DNA of 64,000 nt from Vulcanimicrobiota bacterium (lineage in GTDB: Bacteria > Vulcanimicrobiota > Vulcanimicrobiia > Vulcanimicrobiales > Vulcanimicrobiaceae): contig CAWCIZ010000003.1 of assembly GCA_963795855.1 (NCBI GenBank), positions 640,001 to 704,000 of the forward strand. Reading direction: 5' to 3'. The translations under genes were made by a program, and so were the position numbers. The notes under the pieces were generated by a model, which was not told where the DNA came from, made no database searches, and saw only the letters and a program-made list of their open reading frames with translations. Positions within the stretch are counted from its first letter, which is position 1, and the number at the start of each line of letters is the position of its first letter. This document shows positions 51,284-64,000 of the stretch, in pieces.

Positions 51284-53330
51284 GTGAACCGGATCGATCC
51301 TCGAACGCGCTTTGCCGCGTTCTTGCTTTTGCTGGCGCTCGTCGCGTGCGCTTTTCGTTGCCGTCAGCCGCGTGCGCATCGAGCAGCAAACGCGCCGCGT
51401 CGAGATCGCGATGGACTACAACGATTTCCTCGCGTTCGCGCGATCGTACAACTATAATCCGGCCGCGTTTCTGGTCGAACTGCGCCGCGCAGGCTTGACC
51501 TCGCTGGCGCTGACCGAAGAACTGGGCGGCTCGCTCACGGGCTCGACCAGCAGCGATGCATACCGCCATCTCCGGCCTCGGCCTGCTCGACTCCGGCGCG
51601 CTTAGCGCCGGTTGCCGAATCCGACGCTCGCTGCACTGGTTCGCGAGCACGCGTGCGCCCCGGCGCCGTTTATCTGCTCGTGTACGACAAACCGACGTTC
51701 GAGCGGTACATGCGGCAGTTGCCGCTGCATTTCGAGCGCTCGAGCATTCGCGTGCTGCACGCGATCGGCGCCATACGTGATCGCGATTGCGCACGCAAAT
51801 CGATTACTTCAACACGAGCACGCTCGGCATTCCGGCCGATCAGATCGCGCTCGCGCGCAGACTCGGCTTCTTCATCATTCCGCGCTTTCAGAACGACGAG
51901 CGCCTGCAGGACGGGCAGATCGCCGCGATGTTCGACGACGTGCACGCCGGCAAATGGGTTTCGACCGTCATTTTTTTCGGGCTGCGCAACCAGGTGCTCG
52001 GATTTCCCGATCACGTGCGGGACACCGCCGCGGTGTTCAAAACGCACAAGTCCGTCGAACTATCGGCGAGATCGAAACCTACGACGCGAGCCAAGTGCAG
52101 AAGGGTAACGTCGAACTCGCGCGGCTCGATTCCCGGGCGCACCGTTCGCGTGCAAGCGATCGGCAAAGTCGAACTGGACAAACTGACCGTCCCGGAGATC
52201 GTCGCGCGATACGAATTGGGCGTGCGCGAGCGAAACGTGCGCGTCGTCTATCTGCGCCCGTTCCCGCACGAATACAACGGCCTTTCGATCGAACAGACCA
52301 ACGTCGAGATGGTTCGCCAGATCGCGACCGATCTGCGCGAGCACGGCTTCCGGCTCGGGCGCGCCACGCCGATTCCGCTCTATCGCGGCAACAACGCGCA
52401 TTCGCAGTCGGCATCGCTGCACTTGCCGTTCCGTCGATCTTCGTGCTGCTGCTCGGCTGGTACGGCTGGTACCGTCCGTCGTGGGCGATCGCTGCGTACG
52501 CGCTGACGATCGCAGTGTACGTCGGCGGCTACGTCGTCGCATCACGATCTGCTCGGCCGCTCGATCATCGCGCTTGCCGGAGCGCTGCTCTTTGCGACCG
52601 CGGCGTTCACCGTGCTCGGTCCGGCGTTTTACGAAGAGCCGACGCCGCGCATGGGCGCGCAGATCGTGCGCAGTCTGCGCTGGACGCTGATTGCAACGGG
52701 CGTCGCGCTGCTCGGCGCGCTCGTCGTCGTCGGCATCATGAGCTCGCCGCTGATGATGGAAGAAGTCGAAGCGTTCCGCGGCGTGAAGCTCGTTCTGGCG
52801 CTGCCGCCGCTCATCGCGCTTGCGCTGTACCTCTTTACCGATCGCTTCGACTCGGGCATCGCGCAGTCCGCGCGAAGCGTTCGCCGCGCCGATCCGCATC
52901 TATCAGCTGCTGCTGGCGTGCGTCGTGCTCGGCGGCGGCGCGCTGGTGCTCGTGCGCAGCGGCAACCAAAGCGACATCGCGCCCTCCGCACTTCGAACTG
53001 TCGCTGCGCCATCACCTCACCGCGCTGCTCAGCGTGCGCCCGCGCTTCAAAGAGTTCGTCATCGGCTTTCCGTGCATGATGCTGCTGCCGGCGCTGCGCC
53101 GGCGCGATCGGCGCGCCGTGGGCATTCTGCTCGTCGCTTGGCATCGGCATCGGCATCGGCGACGTCATCGACACGTTCTCGCATCTGCACACGCCGCTGC
53201 TGATCTCGATCATGCGCGTGTTCAACGGCCTGGTGCTCGGCGTCGATCATCGGCGCGATCGTCATCGCGCTCTACCGCCGTTCGCGCGTCCGCGGCGTCG
53301 TGCCGAGTCACGTTCGCAAAGTCGGGCGAC
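51284..53330 (+). CDS. DUF5693-family membrane protein (multiple frameshifts; end approximate)
   Basis: Fragments across frames: RVEIAMDY, ERNVRVVYLRPF, FRGVKL..ALPP, RSGN, RPRFKEF.IG.P, DTFSHLHTPL; directly upstream of csaB. Confidence 0.8.
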
Positions 53331-54450
53331 GTGCGCGTTCCTGCTCTCGCGGCTACTACGGATTCGGAAACCTGGGCGATGAGGCGCTGCTCGAAGTAAT
53401 CGTCTCGCAACTCAAGACGCGCTATCCGTACGCGCGAAATCGACGTGCTTTCCGCAACACCCGGAGCAGACGGCGCACGATCTGCGCGTCGAAGCAACGC
53501 CGCGCTGGGACGCGAAAGCCGTCCGCCGCGCGATCGATCGCGCCGACGTCGTGCTCTCCGGCGGCGGCGGTTTGCTGCAGAATGCGACCAGCCTGCGCAG
53601 CCTGATCTATTATGCCGGCATCATTCGCGCCGCCGGCGCGCGCGAACCGCAAAGCGATGATCTTCGCGCAGTCGATCGGCCCGCTCGACTTTTGGGGCAC
53701 GCGCGCTCGTCAAAGATTGGTGCAAAGGCGTCGCCGCGGCGACCGTGCGCGACGCGCGCTCCACGCAGTTGCTGGCGTCGCTTCTGCCCGCCGGTACGCG
53801 CGTGGAACAAACCGCCGATCCGGTGTTTCTGTACGACGCGCCGGAAGAAGACTCGATCTCTCAGCCGAAGGTCTCGGTCCGCAAAGCGATCCGCTCGTCG
53901 TCGTCAGCGTGCGCAAAGCGACCGGCATGAAGGACCGCCTCGACGTCGTCGCCCGCGCCGTCGACCGGCTTGCGCAAGTGCACGGCGCGCGCGTGGCATT
54001 TCTGCCGCTCGGCGGCGCGCCGGATGCGGAAGTCTCGACGCTGGTCATTCGCAAATGCAAGACGCGCGCCGGTGCTGCTGCCGGAATGCTCGCTCGCAGC
54101 GCGCGGCCAACATCATTCGCCGCGCCGACGCCGTCGTCGGCATGCGTTTGCACGCGCTGATACTCGCCGCGCGCTACGCCGTGCCGTTTCTGGCGATTCC
54201 GTACGATCCGAAGGTGGCGGCGCTGTGCGAAGATCTGGCGTATCCGCTGCCGCCGCTTTTCACGCTCGACCCGCCCGGCCCGAAGCCGCGAACCGGAGCG
54301 ATCGATGCGCTGGTCGACCGGTTGTGGACGCGAGCGCGACGCGCTTGTCCGCGCACTTGAGCGCGCGCGGCGAGCGCCTGCGCGCGCTCGCGCTGCGCGA
54401 AATTTCGAGGTCTTGCGACGCAGCTGCTCGCGCGAAAAGCCGTCGTCCCC

Positions 54451-54454
<4 letters not shown>
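53331..54454 (+). CDS. csaB: Polysaccharide pyruvyl transferase (multiple frameshifts; end approximate)
   Basis: GYYGFGNLGDEALL, SGGGGLLQNATS.RSL.YY, AQSIGP, VRD, ADP, GMRLHALI, YDPKV. Confidence 0.88.
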
Positions 54455-57243
<2,789 letters not shown>

Positions 57244-57516
57244 TCAGCGCCGGCGCGGACGCTTGGGCGGCCTGTCGGATGCGCGAATGACGGTGAGCGG
57301 CTTTCCGTCGATTTCGAAAAGATTGAAGGCTTTGATCGCCGCGTCGGCCGACGGTTCGTCTGTGACGTTGACGTACGCATAGCCCTTCTTGCGGCGGCTG
57401 CGGCGATCGCGCGGAAACGTCACGTCCGCATCGCATGCGCCGAACTGCCGAAAGAGCGCGAGCAGGTCGTCCTTGGTCGCTTCACGCGGATACCCCGCGA
57501 CGAACAATCGAATCAT
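57244..57516 (-). CDS. RRM-domain RNA-binding protein
   Basis: RLFVAG (RNP2), KGYAYV (RNP1), DGKPLTV. Confidence 0.85.
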   Translation of the reverse strand: MIRLFVAGYPREATKDDLLALFRQFGACDADVTFPRDRRSRRKKGYAYVNVTDEPSADAAIKAFNLFEIDGKPLTVIRASDRPPKRPRRR

Positions 57517-58623
57517 GTACGGGCTTCTCCCAGAACGCTATCGCGAAACGCCGGCCACGCACCTGCTTCGATGGCTTCGCGCGCCTCACGCATCAGCGCG
57601 TTCAGCACGTAAACGTTGTGATATGACAAGAGCCGCGGACCGAGCATTTCTGCGGATCTGAACAGATGCGCCAGATACGCGCGCGAGTAGGTCGTACAAA
57701 CGTAACAGCCGCACTGCCGAATCGACCGGCGTGAAGTCCCGCGTATACGCCGCGTTTCGAATCGCAAATTCGCCCTGCCGCGTCATGGCGCGGCCGTTGC
57801 GGCCGCAGCGCGTGGGATACACGCAGTCGAACATGTCGATTCCGCAATCGACCGCCATGAGCACATCCCGCACAGTGCCGACACCCATGAGGTAGCGCGG
57901 TTTGTCTTCAGGCAGCAGCGAGGCCGAAAGCCGCGCGAAACGATACATTTCCTCGCGCGTTTCGCCGACGGAGAGACCGCCGATCGCATACCCGGGCAGG
58001 CCGAGATCGACGATCGATTCTGCGCTGCGCTCGCGCGCGGCTTCGTCGAGGCCGCCTTGCATGATTGCGAAGAGCGCGGTGCGATCCGGTTGCGCTCGTG
58101 CCGCTGCGCTTCTCCTCGCCCACTCCGCCGACAGACGCACCGATCGATCGACCGCTTCGGCAGAAGCGGGAAGTTTCACGCACACGTCGAGCTGCATCGC
58201 GACGTCCACGCCGATCGTTTCCTGAAACGCGAGCACGTTTTCAGGCGTGAAGCGATGGGCGCTGCCGTCCAAATGCGAGGCAAACGTAACGCCGTCGTCG
58301 TCCAGCGTCCGCCGGGACTCCAAACTGAAGACCTGAAATCCGCCGCTGTCGGTGAGAATCGGGCCGTGCCACTGCATGAAGTCGTGCAGGCCGCCCGCTT
58401 CGACCAGCAAATGCAATCCCGGGCGCAGCCAAAGGTGATATGTGTTCGCCAAAATGATCTGCGAATGAGCGCTGCGCACTTCGTCCGGCGTCAAGCCCTT
58501 CACCGTTCCCGCCGTCCCAACCGGCATGAAGGTCGGCGTTTCGACGTTTCCGTGCGTGAGTCGCAGCGTGCCGCGCCGCGCGCTCTCGCTCGTGTTGTGA
58601 AGCGTGAAGATCGAATCGGTCAC
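57513..58623 (-). CDS. tgt: tRNA-guanine transglycosylase, with one extra base near 57720
   Basis: [50 protein letters not shown], then CGCYVC..YSRAYL.HL in the next frame; span 3n+1. Confidence 0.94.
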
Positions 58624-59520
58624 ACCGCGCCGCCGCGCAAAAGCGCTTTCGCGGCCGCGTATTCGGGCGGCGGTTCCGACTGGAATTCCATGTCGCGTCC
58701 GCTGCGCGGATGCCGGAACGACAGGCGCCACGCGTGCAGCGCTTGGCCGGGAAGATCGAAGCGCGGATCGGTTTTACCGTAGATCGGATCGTTGACGAGC
58801 GGATGGCCGAGTGCCGCCATGTGCACGCGGATCTGATGCGTTCGCCCCGTTTCCAACCGAAAGAGCACTTCGGCAGTATTTTTCAAACGTTCGCGTACTT
58901 CGTAATGCGTGACGGCGGGTTTTCCGTCCGCCGTAATTGCGTAGCGCAAACGGTTTTGCGGATCGCGGCCGATCTGCGCCGTCGATCGTGCCTTTGGCGT
59001 GTATCGGGATGCCGGCCGCAAGCCCAAGATATTCGCGCGAAATATAGCGCGCTTTCATCGCTTTGCCGAGCGCGCTGAGCGCCGCATCGGTCTTTGCGAC
59101 GACGAGCAAGCCCGACGTGTCGCGGTCGAGCCGGTGAACCAGCCCGGCCCGCACCGCTTCGCCCGGAAGCGATGCGACGTGAGCAAGCAGCGCGTTTACC
59201 AGCGTGCCGCTGGTCGCGCCGTGCGCCGGGTGCGTCACCATGCCCGCCGGCTTGTCGACGACGAGCACGTCGTCATCCTCGAAGACTATCGTGAGATCGA
59301 TCGCTTCAGGATCCACCGCGAGCGGCGGCCTTTCGATGAGATGCGCTTCCAGCACGTCTCCTTCGGCGACCAAATGGCTGCCCTTCACGGCTGCGCCGTT
59401 CACGCGCACGTCGCCGCGGCGCACCGCTTCCGCAACGAGCGACCTGGAAAAGCCGGTGTGGTGCGCGATGAGGACGTCGGCGCGTTTCCCGGCTTCGTCA
59501 GGCGTGACGACGACGTGCAA
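58620..59520 (-). CDS. rluD: RluA-family pseudouridine synthase (RluD-like), with one extra base near 58975
   Basis: S4-like N-terminus, VDKPAGMVTHP, VHRLDRDTSG, LETGRTHQIRVH, QALHA; span 3n+1. Confidence 0.9.
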
Positions 59521-59971
59521 GGCTCGCGAGGATGAGAAGGATGACGCCGATCGTGATGCACGCGTCGGCGACGTTGAAAATGTTGGGCCAGATCCGATAG
59601 AAATCCACGAAATCGACGACGTAGCGGTAATGCACGCGATCGAGAATGTTGCCGATCGCGCCGCCGAGGATCATGCCGAAGGCGATGCGCACGAGCAGCG
59701 AATGCCGCGCTTGATCGCGGAACGAGTACCAAAAGATCAGCAGCACGATCAGTGCCATGAGGATTAGCAAAAACGGCGACGAGCCGAATAAGCCGAACGC
59801 TCCGTGCTCGTTCTGTTCGTACGTCCACTTCAAAAGATGCGGGATCACGAAACGGCTTTCGCCCGGCAGAAAATGCGCCGCAATCAGATGCTTCGTGTAC
59901 TGATCGAGCGCGACGACGATCGCCGCTACTCCGAAAAGTTGGACGGCCTCAAAGCTTCGGCTGCGGGACAA
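59498..59971 (-). CDS. lspA: Lipoprotein signal peptidase
   Basis: DQYTK, N.HGAFG, GGAIGNILDR, VVDF, FNVAD; start uncertain. Confidence 0.93.
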   Translation of the reverse strand: MSRSRSFEAVQLFGVAAIVVALDQYTKHLIAAHFLPGESRFVIPHLLKWTYEQNEHGAFGLFGSSPFLLILMALIVLLIFWYSFRDQARHSLLVRIAFGMILGGAIGNILDRVHYRYVVDFVDFYRIWPNIFNVADACITIGVILLILASLARRRHA

Positions 59972-60689
59972 ATTGATAGAACCAGCCGGCGATTCGTAAG
60001 AACGAGTTGGTAACAAGAACGACTCCCGTTGCGATCATGAAGGCTCCCGCGGCAAATTCGATCGCCGGCAAGAAGCGCTTGATTCGATTCAGCGCGGGCA
60101 GAACCGCGCCAATTGCGAGGGCCGTTACCAGGAACGGCACGGCCAAGCCCATGGAATAGACGAAAAGCAGCCACGCTCCCTGCCAAACGCCGTTCGCCTG
60201 CGAAGCGAGCGCGAGAATAGCGGCAAGAATGGGGCCGATGCAAGGCGACCAGCCGGCGGCGAACGCGAGGCCGACGATAACCGAGGCGACGAGCGACCGT
60301 TGGCCGGTCTGTACCTGCACGCGCGTGTCCCGAGCAAGCAGCCGCCACCGGAGCACGCCCATCATCTGCAGCCCCAGCACGATGACGATGACACCGCCGA
60401 TGCGCGAAATCAGCACCTGATTCTCGCGCAGCGCTCCGCCGATCGCGCTCGCTGAAGCGCCGAGTGCGACGAAAACGAGTGTAAATCCGGCGATGAAAGC
60501 GACGGCGTGCGCGACCACGCGCGCGCGGGCGTCCGCAGTGAGCGCGCCGCGCAGTTCTTCCACGCTCGAACCCGTGAGGAACGATAGGTACGCCGGAACC
60601 AGCGGGAGGACGCAGGGAGAGACAAAGGAAACGAGCCCCGCCAGGAAGGCGATCCCGACGGTGAGGTGCGCACTGGCCACACCGCTCAT
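59949..60689 (-). CDS. ccdA: Cytochrome c biogenesis protein CcdA
   Basis: SF.SPCVLPLVP.Y and GWSPCIGPIL. Confidence 0.92.
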   Translation of the reverse strand: MSGVASAHLTVGIAFLAGLVSFVSPCVLPLVPAYLSFLTGSSVEELRGALTADARARVVAHAVAFIAGFTLVFVALGASASAIGGALRENQVLISRIGGVIVIVLGLQMMGVLRWRLLARDTRVQVQTGQRSLVASVIVGLAFAAGWSPCIGPILAAILALASQANGVWQGAWLLFVYSMGLAVPFLVTALAIGAVLPALNRIKRFLPAIEFAAGAFMIATGVVLVTNSFLRIAGWFYQFVPQPKL

Positions 60690-60733
60690 TTAGACGGTGC
60701 CTCGCGTTGTCATGCCTGCCCCCGAAAGTGCTT

Positions 60734-61603
60734 ATGCAACAGTGGTTTACCTACCCTAACATTAACCCCATCGCGATTCATTTGGGTCCGATCAGCGTTC
60801 ATTGGTACGGCATTTCGTATTTGGTCGGATTCATTGCGGTCTACTTTTGGATGAGCCGTCCCGCGGGGCGCCGGCGCTTGGGTCTGACTCGCGAAGAGAT
60901 TCAAGATTTTCTCGTTTACGCGCTCGTCGGGGTGCTGGTGGGCGGCCGCACGTTCTTCGTGATCAACGACATGATCAGCAAGCACGACGCGGGCAGTTAC
61001 TTCCAAAATCCGATCAATTTCATCGCGGTTTGGAACGGCGGTATGGCGTTTCACGGCGGCCTCGTCGGCGTCATCATCGCGATCTTTCTGTTTTTGCGCA
61101 AGCATCCGGGGCTGACGTACAAGGTGCTCGGCGACGAAGTCGTGGTGCTTCTTCCCGTCGGCATCACGCTTACGCGTCTGGTAAATTTCATCAACGACGA
61201 GCTGTGGGGCGACATCTGTCGCCCAAACCACCCGTGGTGCATGGTGCCCGGAAACACTTCGGATTGGGGTTACGCGCCGCGTCATCCCTCGCAACTGTAC
61301 GAAGCGATCCTCGACGCGCTCACACTGCCGATCGTGCTCTTCATCTATAAGAAACGTCCGCCGGACGGCGTCGTCGGGTGGTCGTGGTTCACGATCTACG
61401 GCATCACGCGTTCGATCGCCGAAACGTGGCGGCATGCGGACTTCATGTGGCACGGAATCACCGGCGGGCAACTCTACGCGCTGCCGATGATTCCCATCGG
61501 TCTCGCCGGCGTGTATTTTTGCTGGCGTTCGCGCATCCGAACCGAGGACCGAACGGCTTGCGAGCCGGGCGCGAAGGCGCCGGTGAAGACGTCGACGACG
61601 TGA
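60734..61603 (+). CDS. lgt: Prolipoprotein diacylglyceryl transferase
   Basis: WYG, GGR, W.GGMAFHGG, R..NFIN.ELWG, RHPSQLYE. Confidence 0.95.
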   Translation: MQQWFTYPNINPIAIHLGPISVHWYGISYLVGFIAVYFWMSRPAGRRRLGLTREEIQDFLVYALVGVLVGGRTFFVINDMISKHDAGSYFQNPINFIAVWNGGMAFHGGLVGVIIAIFLFLRKHPGLTYKVLGDEVVVLLPVGITLTRLVNFINDELWGDICRPNHPWCMVPGNTSDWGYAPRHPSQLYEAILDALTLPIVLFIYKKRPPDGVVGWSWFTIYGITRSIAETWRHADFMWHGITGGQLYALPMIPIGLAGVYFCWRSRIRTEDRTACEPGAKAPVKTSTT

Positions 61604-62271
61604 GCGTCGCCGGGCGGTACGCCGAACTGCGTGCTGCGGTTCCGGCCGGCGTCACCATCGTCGCCGTCACGAAATTTCAGCCGCTCGAAGCGGTGCGGGA
61701 AGCGCTGGAAGCGGGCGTTACCGACATCGGCGAAAATTACGTGCAGGAAGCGCGGCGCAAGTTCGAAGCGCTCCCGCCCGATTCCGCGCGCAAGCACTTT
61801 ATCGGTCACGTGCAGAGCAATAAGGCCCGCGCCATCGCCGCGGCCTTTGACGTCGTGCAAAGTGTCGATCGAGCCGACGCAGCGGCGGCGCTCGCAAAAG
61901 CGGCAGACGCCCTGCACAAGCGATTGCCCGTTCTGCTGCAGGTCAACGTCTGCGCGTCCGACCGTTTCGGCTGCCCGCCGCGGGCGTCGGAGCAGCTCGC
62001 GGACTTCATGCGTTCGCTCCCGTCGCTGGATCTGCAGGGCGTAATGGCGATCGGACCCATAACCGAGGACCGCTCGGAGATCGCCGCATCCTTCGACCTG
62101 GCCGCGAAGGTGTTCGGGCGCGTGGGCGGCACGACGCTTTCGCTCGGCATGTCCGGGGACTGGCCCGTCGCCGTTGCCGCCGGCTCGACGATGATTCGGG
62201 TCGGAAGCACTATTTTCGGACCAAGACCGGCGCGGCCGGTGTCGAAGAACGCCTTAACGCCCTCACCGTGA
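61600..62271 (+). CDS. yggS: PLP homeostasis protein (YggS family)
   Basis: AVTK, GENYVQE, HFIGHVQSNK, LS.GMSGD, GSTMIRVGSTIFG. Confidence 0.93.
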   Translation: MSVAGRYAELRAAVPAGVTIVAVTKFQPLEAVREALEAGVTDIGENYVQEARRKFEALPPDSARKHFIGHVQSNKARAIAAAFDVVQSVDRADAAAALAKAADALHKRLPVLLQVNVCASDRFGCPPRASEQLADFMRSLPSLDLQGVMAIGPITEDRSEIAASFDLAAKVFGRVGGTTLSLGMSGDWPVAVAAGSTMIRVGSTIFGPRPARPVSKNALTPSP

Positions 62272-62280
62272 GGTGGCCTA

Positions 62281-62700
62281 ATGAGTATGTTCAACAAAGT
62301 GCGCTCGTTTTTCTCGATGGATGACGACGCCGAGGAACTGTACGGGGAAGAACCCGGAGCATCGCGCAACGTGGTGCCGCTCGACCAGCGCGCCGCGCGC
62401 CGCGGCGGAACGGAAGTCAGCGTTTACGCCCCGCGCGCTTTCGCGGACGTGACCGAGATTGCGGACGCGTTGCGAAACCGCCAAGTCGTCATCGTCAATC
62501 TGCAGAACGCGGATCGTTCGCTGCTTCAGCGCGTCGTCGACTTCACGTCCGGCGTCGCGTACACCATCGACGGTAAAATCCAAAAACTCGCCGAGGCGAT
62601 TTACCTCATCGTTCCCGCAGGCATCATGGTCAACGCGCAAGGTCTGCGAGATTCTATGAGCGCGGACGGCTCGCTCGATTTTCTTTCGAACAGAGGGTAG
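62281..62700 (+). CDS. sepF: Cell division protein SepF
   Basis: P..F.D...IAD.LR....VIVNL, RVVDFTSG..Y.IDG.I.K, YLIVP. Confidence 0.93.
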   Translation: MSMFNKVRSFFSMDDDAEELYGEEPGASRNVVPLDQRAARRGGTEVSVYAPRAFADVTEIADALRNRQVVIVNLQNADRSLLQRVVDFTSGVAYTIDGKIQKLAEAIYLIVPAGIMVNAQGLRDSMSADGSLDFLSNRG

Positions 62701-62703
62701 CCC

Positions 62704-63220
62704 ATGCAGAAGATCACGCCTATCGACATTCAGCACAAAACTTTCAAGAAGGCGCTGCAGGGCTACGATCGCGCGGAAGTCGATCAGTTCCTTGACGAGC
62801 TGATCGAAACGCTCGAAGACGACGCGCAGCACATCGCGGCGCTTCAAGCGGAAATCAACGATCTCAAGGAACGCATCAGTCATTTCAAAGCGATGGAAGA
62901 ATCGCTGCAGAATACGCTCGTGCTCGCGCAGCGTACGGCGGACGAAGTGAAGGCGTCCGCGCACAAGGAAGCGGACCTCATCAAAGAACGGGCGCGCATC
63001 GCGGCGGAGCGTGAAATTTCCACGTTCACCGACGCCGCCGCCGATGCGCGGCGCGAACATCAACGTGCGACAGAAGACTGCGGAAAAGGCGCGCAGCGAA
63101 CTGCGCAGTTTGCTGATGACGCATCTCTCGCTGCTCGATAAAACGCTGACGCCGGGAACGGCGCTCCGGTGCGCGAGGAGACGACGCACAGAGAAGAATT
63201 CCCCGCAACCACGGACCTAG
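62704..63220 (+). CDS. divIVA: DivIVA-domain protein, with one extra base near 63070
   Basis: ITPIDIQHKTF...LQGYD..EVD.FLD, L..TL..AQ.TA; C-terminal helix continues in the next frame; span 3n+1. Confidence 0.88.
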
Positions 63221-63267
63221 CGGACACGAACCGGATTACGGTGTACTAGACGCGAACGCCCGGCATC

Positions 63268-64000
63268 ATGCCGACGATCGCAGTTTTGCCCGGTGACGGC
63301 ATCGGGCCTGAAGTCACGCGCGCCGCGGTGCGCGTGCTCCACACGGTGCGGCCCGACTTGGACTGCCTGGAAACGCCCATCGGCGGCGACGCGTTGCAAG
63401 CCGGGAAACCCGCGCTTCCCGACGACGCGCGTCGACTCTGCGAGCGCAGCGCCGGCATTCTCTTCGGTGCGGTCGGCTTGCCGGAATACGACGGCAAACC
63501 GCTCGCGGAGCGGCCCGAGTACGCGCTTTTCATCTTGCGCCGCGATTTCGAACTCTATGCGAACGTGCGCCCGGTTCGCGTATTTTCCGGTTTGGAAGAA
63601 GCCTCGTCGCTGTTGCCGCAGCTGGTCAAGGGCTTGGATCTGGTCGTCGTGCGGGAATTGACCGGCGGCATCTACTTCGGCAAACCGAAAGAGCAGCGCA
63701 CCGGCGAAGGCGGCGTTGAAGAAGCCGTCGATACGATGATTTACCGCGCCCCCGAAATCGAACGGATCACGCGCGTCGCCTTCGAACTAGCCCGCAAACG
63801 GCGCAAGCGGCTGACGTCGATCGACAAGCAGAATATTTTGGAGACGTCGCGGCTTTGGCGGCGCGTCGTGGATCGCATCGCGCCAGAGTATCCGGACGTG
63901 CAACTGGAACATTTGCTGGTCGACAACGCGGCGATGCAACTCGTGCGCCGGCCTGCGGAGTTTGACGTTCTTCTCACCGAGAACATGTTCGGCGATATCC
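63268..64000 (+). CDS. leuB: 3-isopropylmalate dehydrogenase (3' end outside window)
   Basis: IAVLPGDGIGPEV, LFGAVG, LYANVRP, VRELTGGIYFG, SIDKQN, VDNAAMQL, TENMFGDI. Confidence 0.95.
   Translation, partial: MPTIAVLPGDGIGPEVTRAAVRVLHTVRPDLDCLETPIGGDALQAGKPALPDDARRLCERSAGILFGAVGLPEYDGKPLAERPEYALFILRRDFELYANVRPVRVFSGLEEASSLLPQLVKGLDLVVVRELTGGIYFGKPKEQRTGEGGVEEAVDTMIYRAPEIERITRVAFELARKRRKRLTSIDKQNILETSRLWRRVVDRIAPEYPDVQLEHLLVDNAAMQLVRRPAEFDVLLTENMFGDI

Overview
This 64 kb window comes from a high-GC bacterial chromosome. Housekeeping genes lie at both ends: ligA 3' end, nnr, acpS, birA, ndk and eno on the left; DUF5693-csaB-ileS, tgt, rluD-like, lspA, ccdA, lgt, yggS, sepF, divIVA and leuB on the right. 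The middle is rich in exported hydrolases and orphan secreted proteins, including two S9 peptidases, a PNGase A-like amidase, an S41 protease, GGT, CopZ/CopA and VapBC. Three intact tRNA genes are present (CAU, probably Ile2; Glu-UUC; Val-UAC). Two small islands without an intact integrase are bounded by tRNA direct repeats. The ~3.5 kb island at the 3' end of tRNA-Glu carries an HD hydrolase, an orphan and a NucS-type nuclease. The ~3.9 kb island lies upstream of tRNA-Val and is bounded by a duplicated 5' tRNA half, the less usual geometry. Other leads: a RiPP-precursor-like 57-aa peptide followed by a GNAT-like gene; an apparently split chemoreceptor pair; a structured, terminator-ended leader before DUF5693-csaB; and a cupredoxin with Gln at the axial position. 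Many genes, including essential ones, carry frameshifts. Wherever I could count them they are net +1, which points to sequencing insertion errors rather than pseudogenes. All product calls come from motif recognition by eye; no database searches were run.
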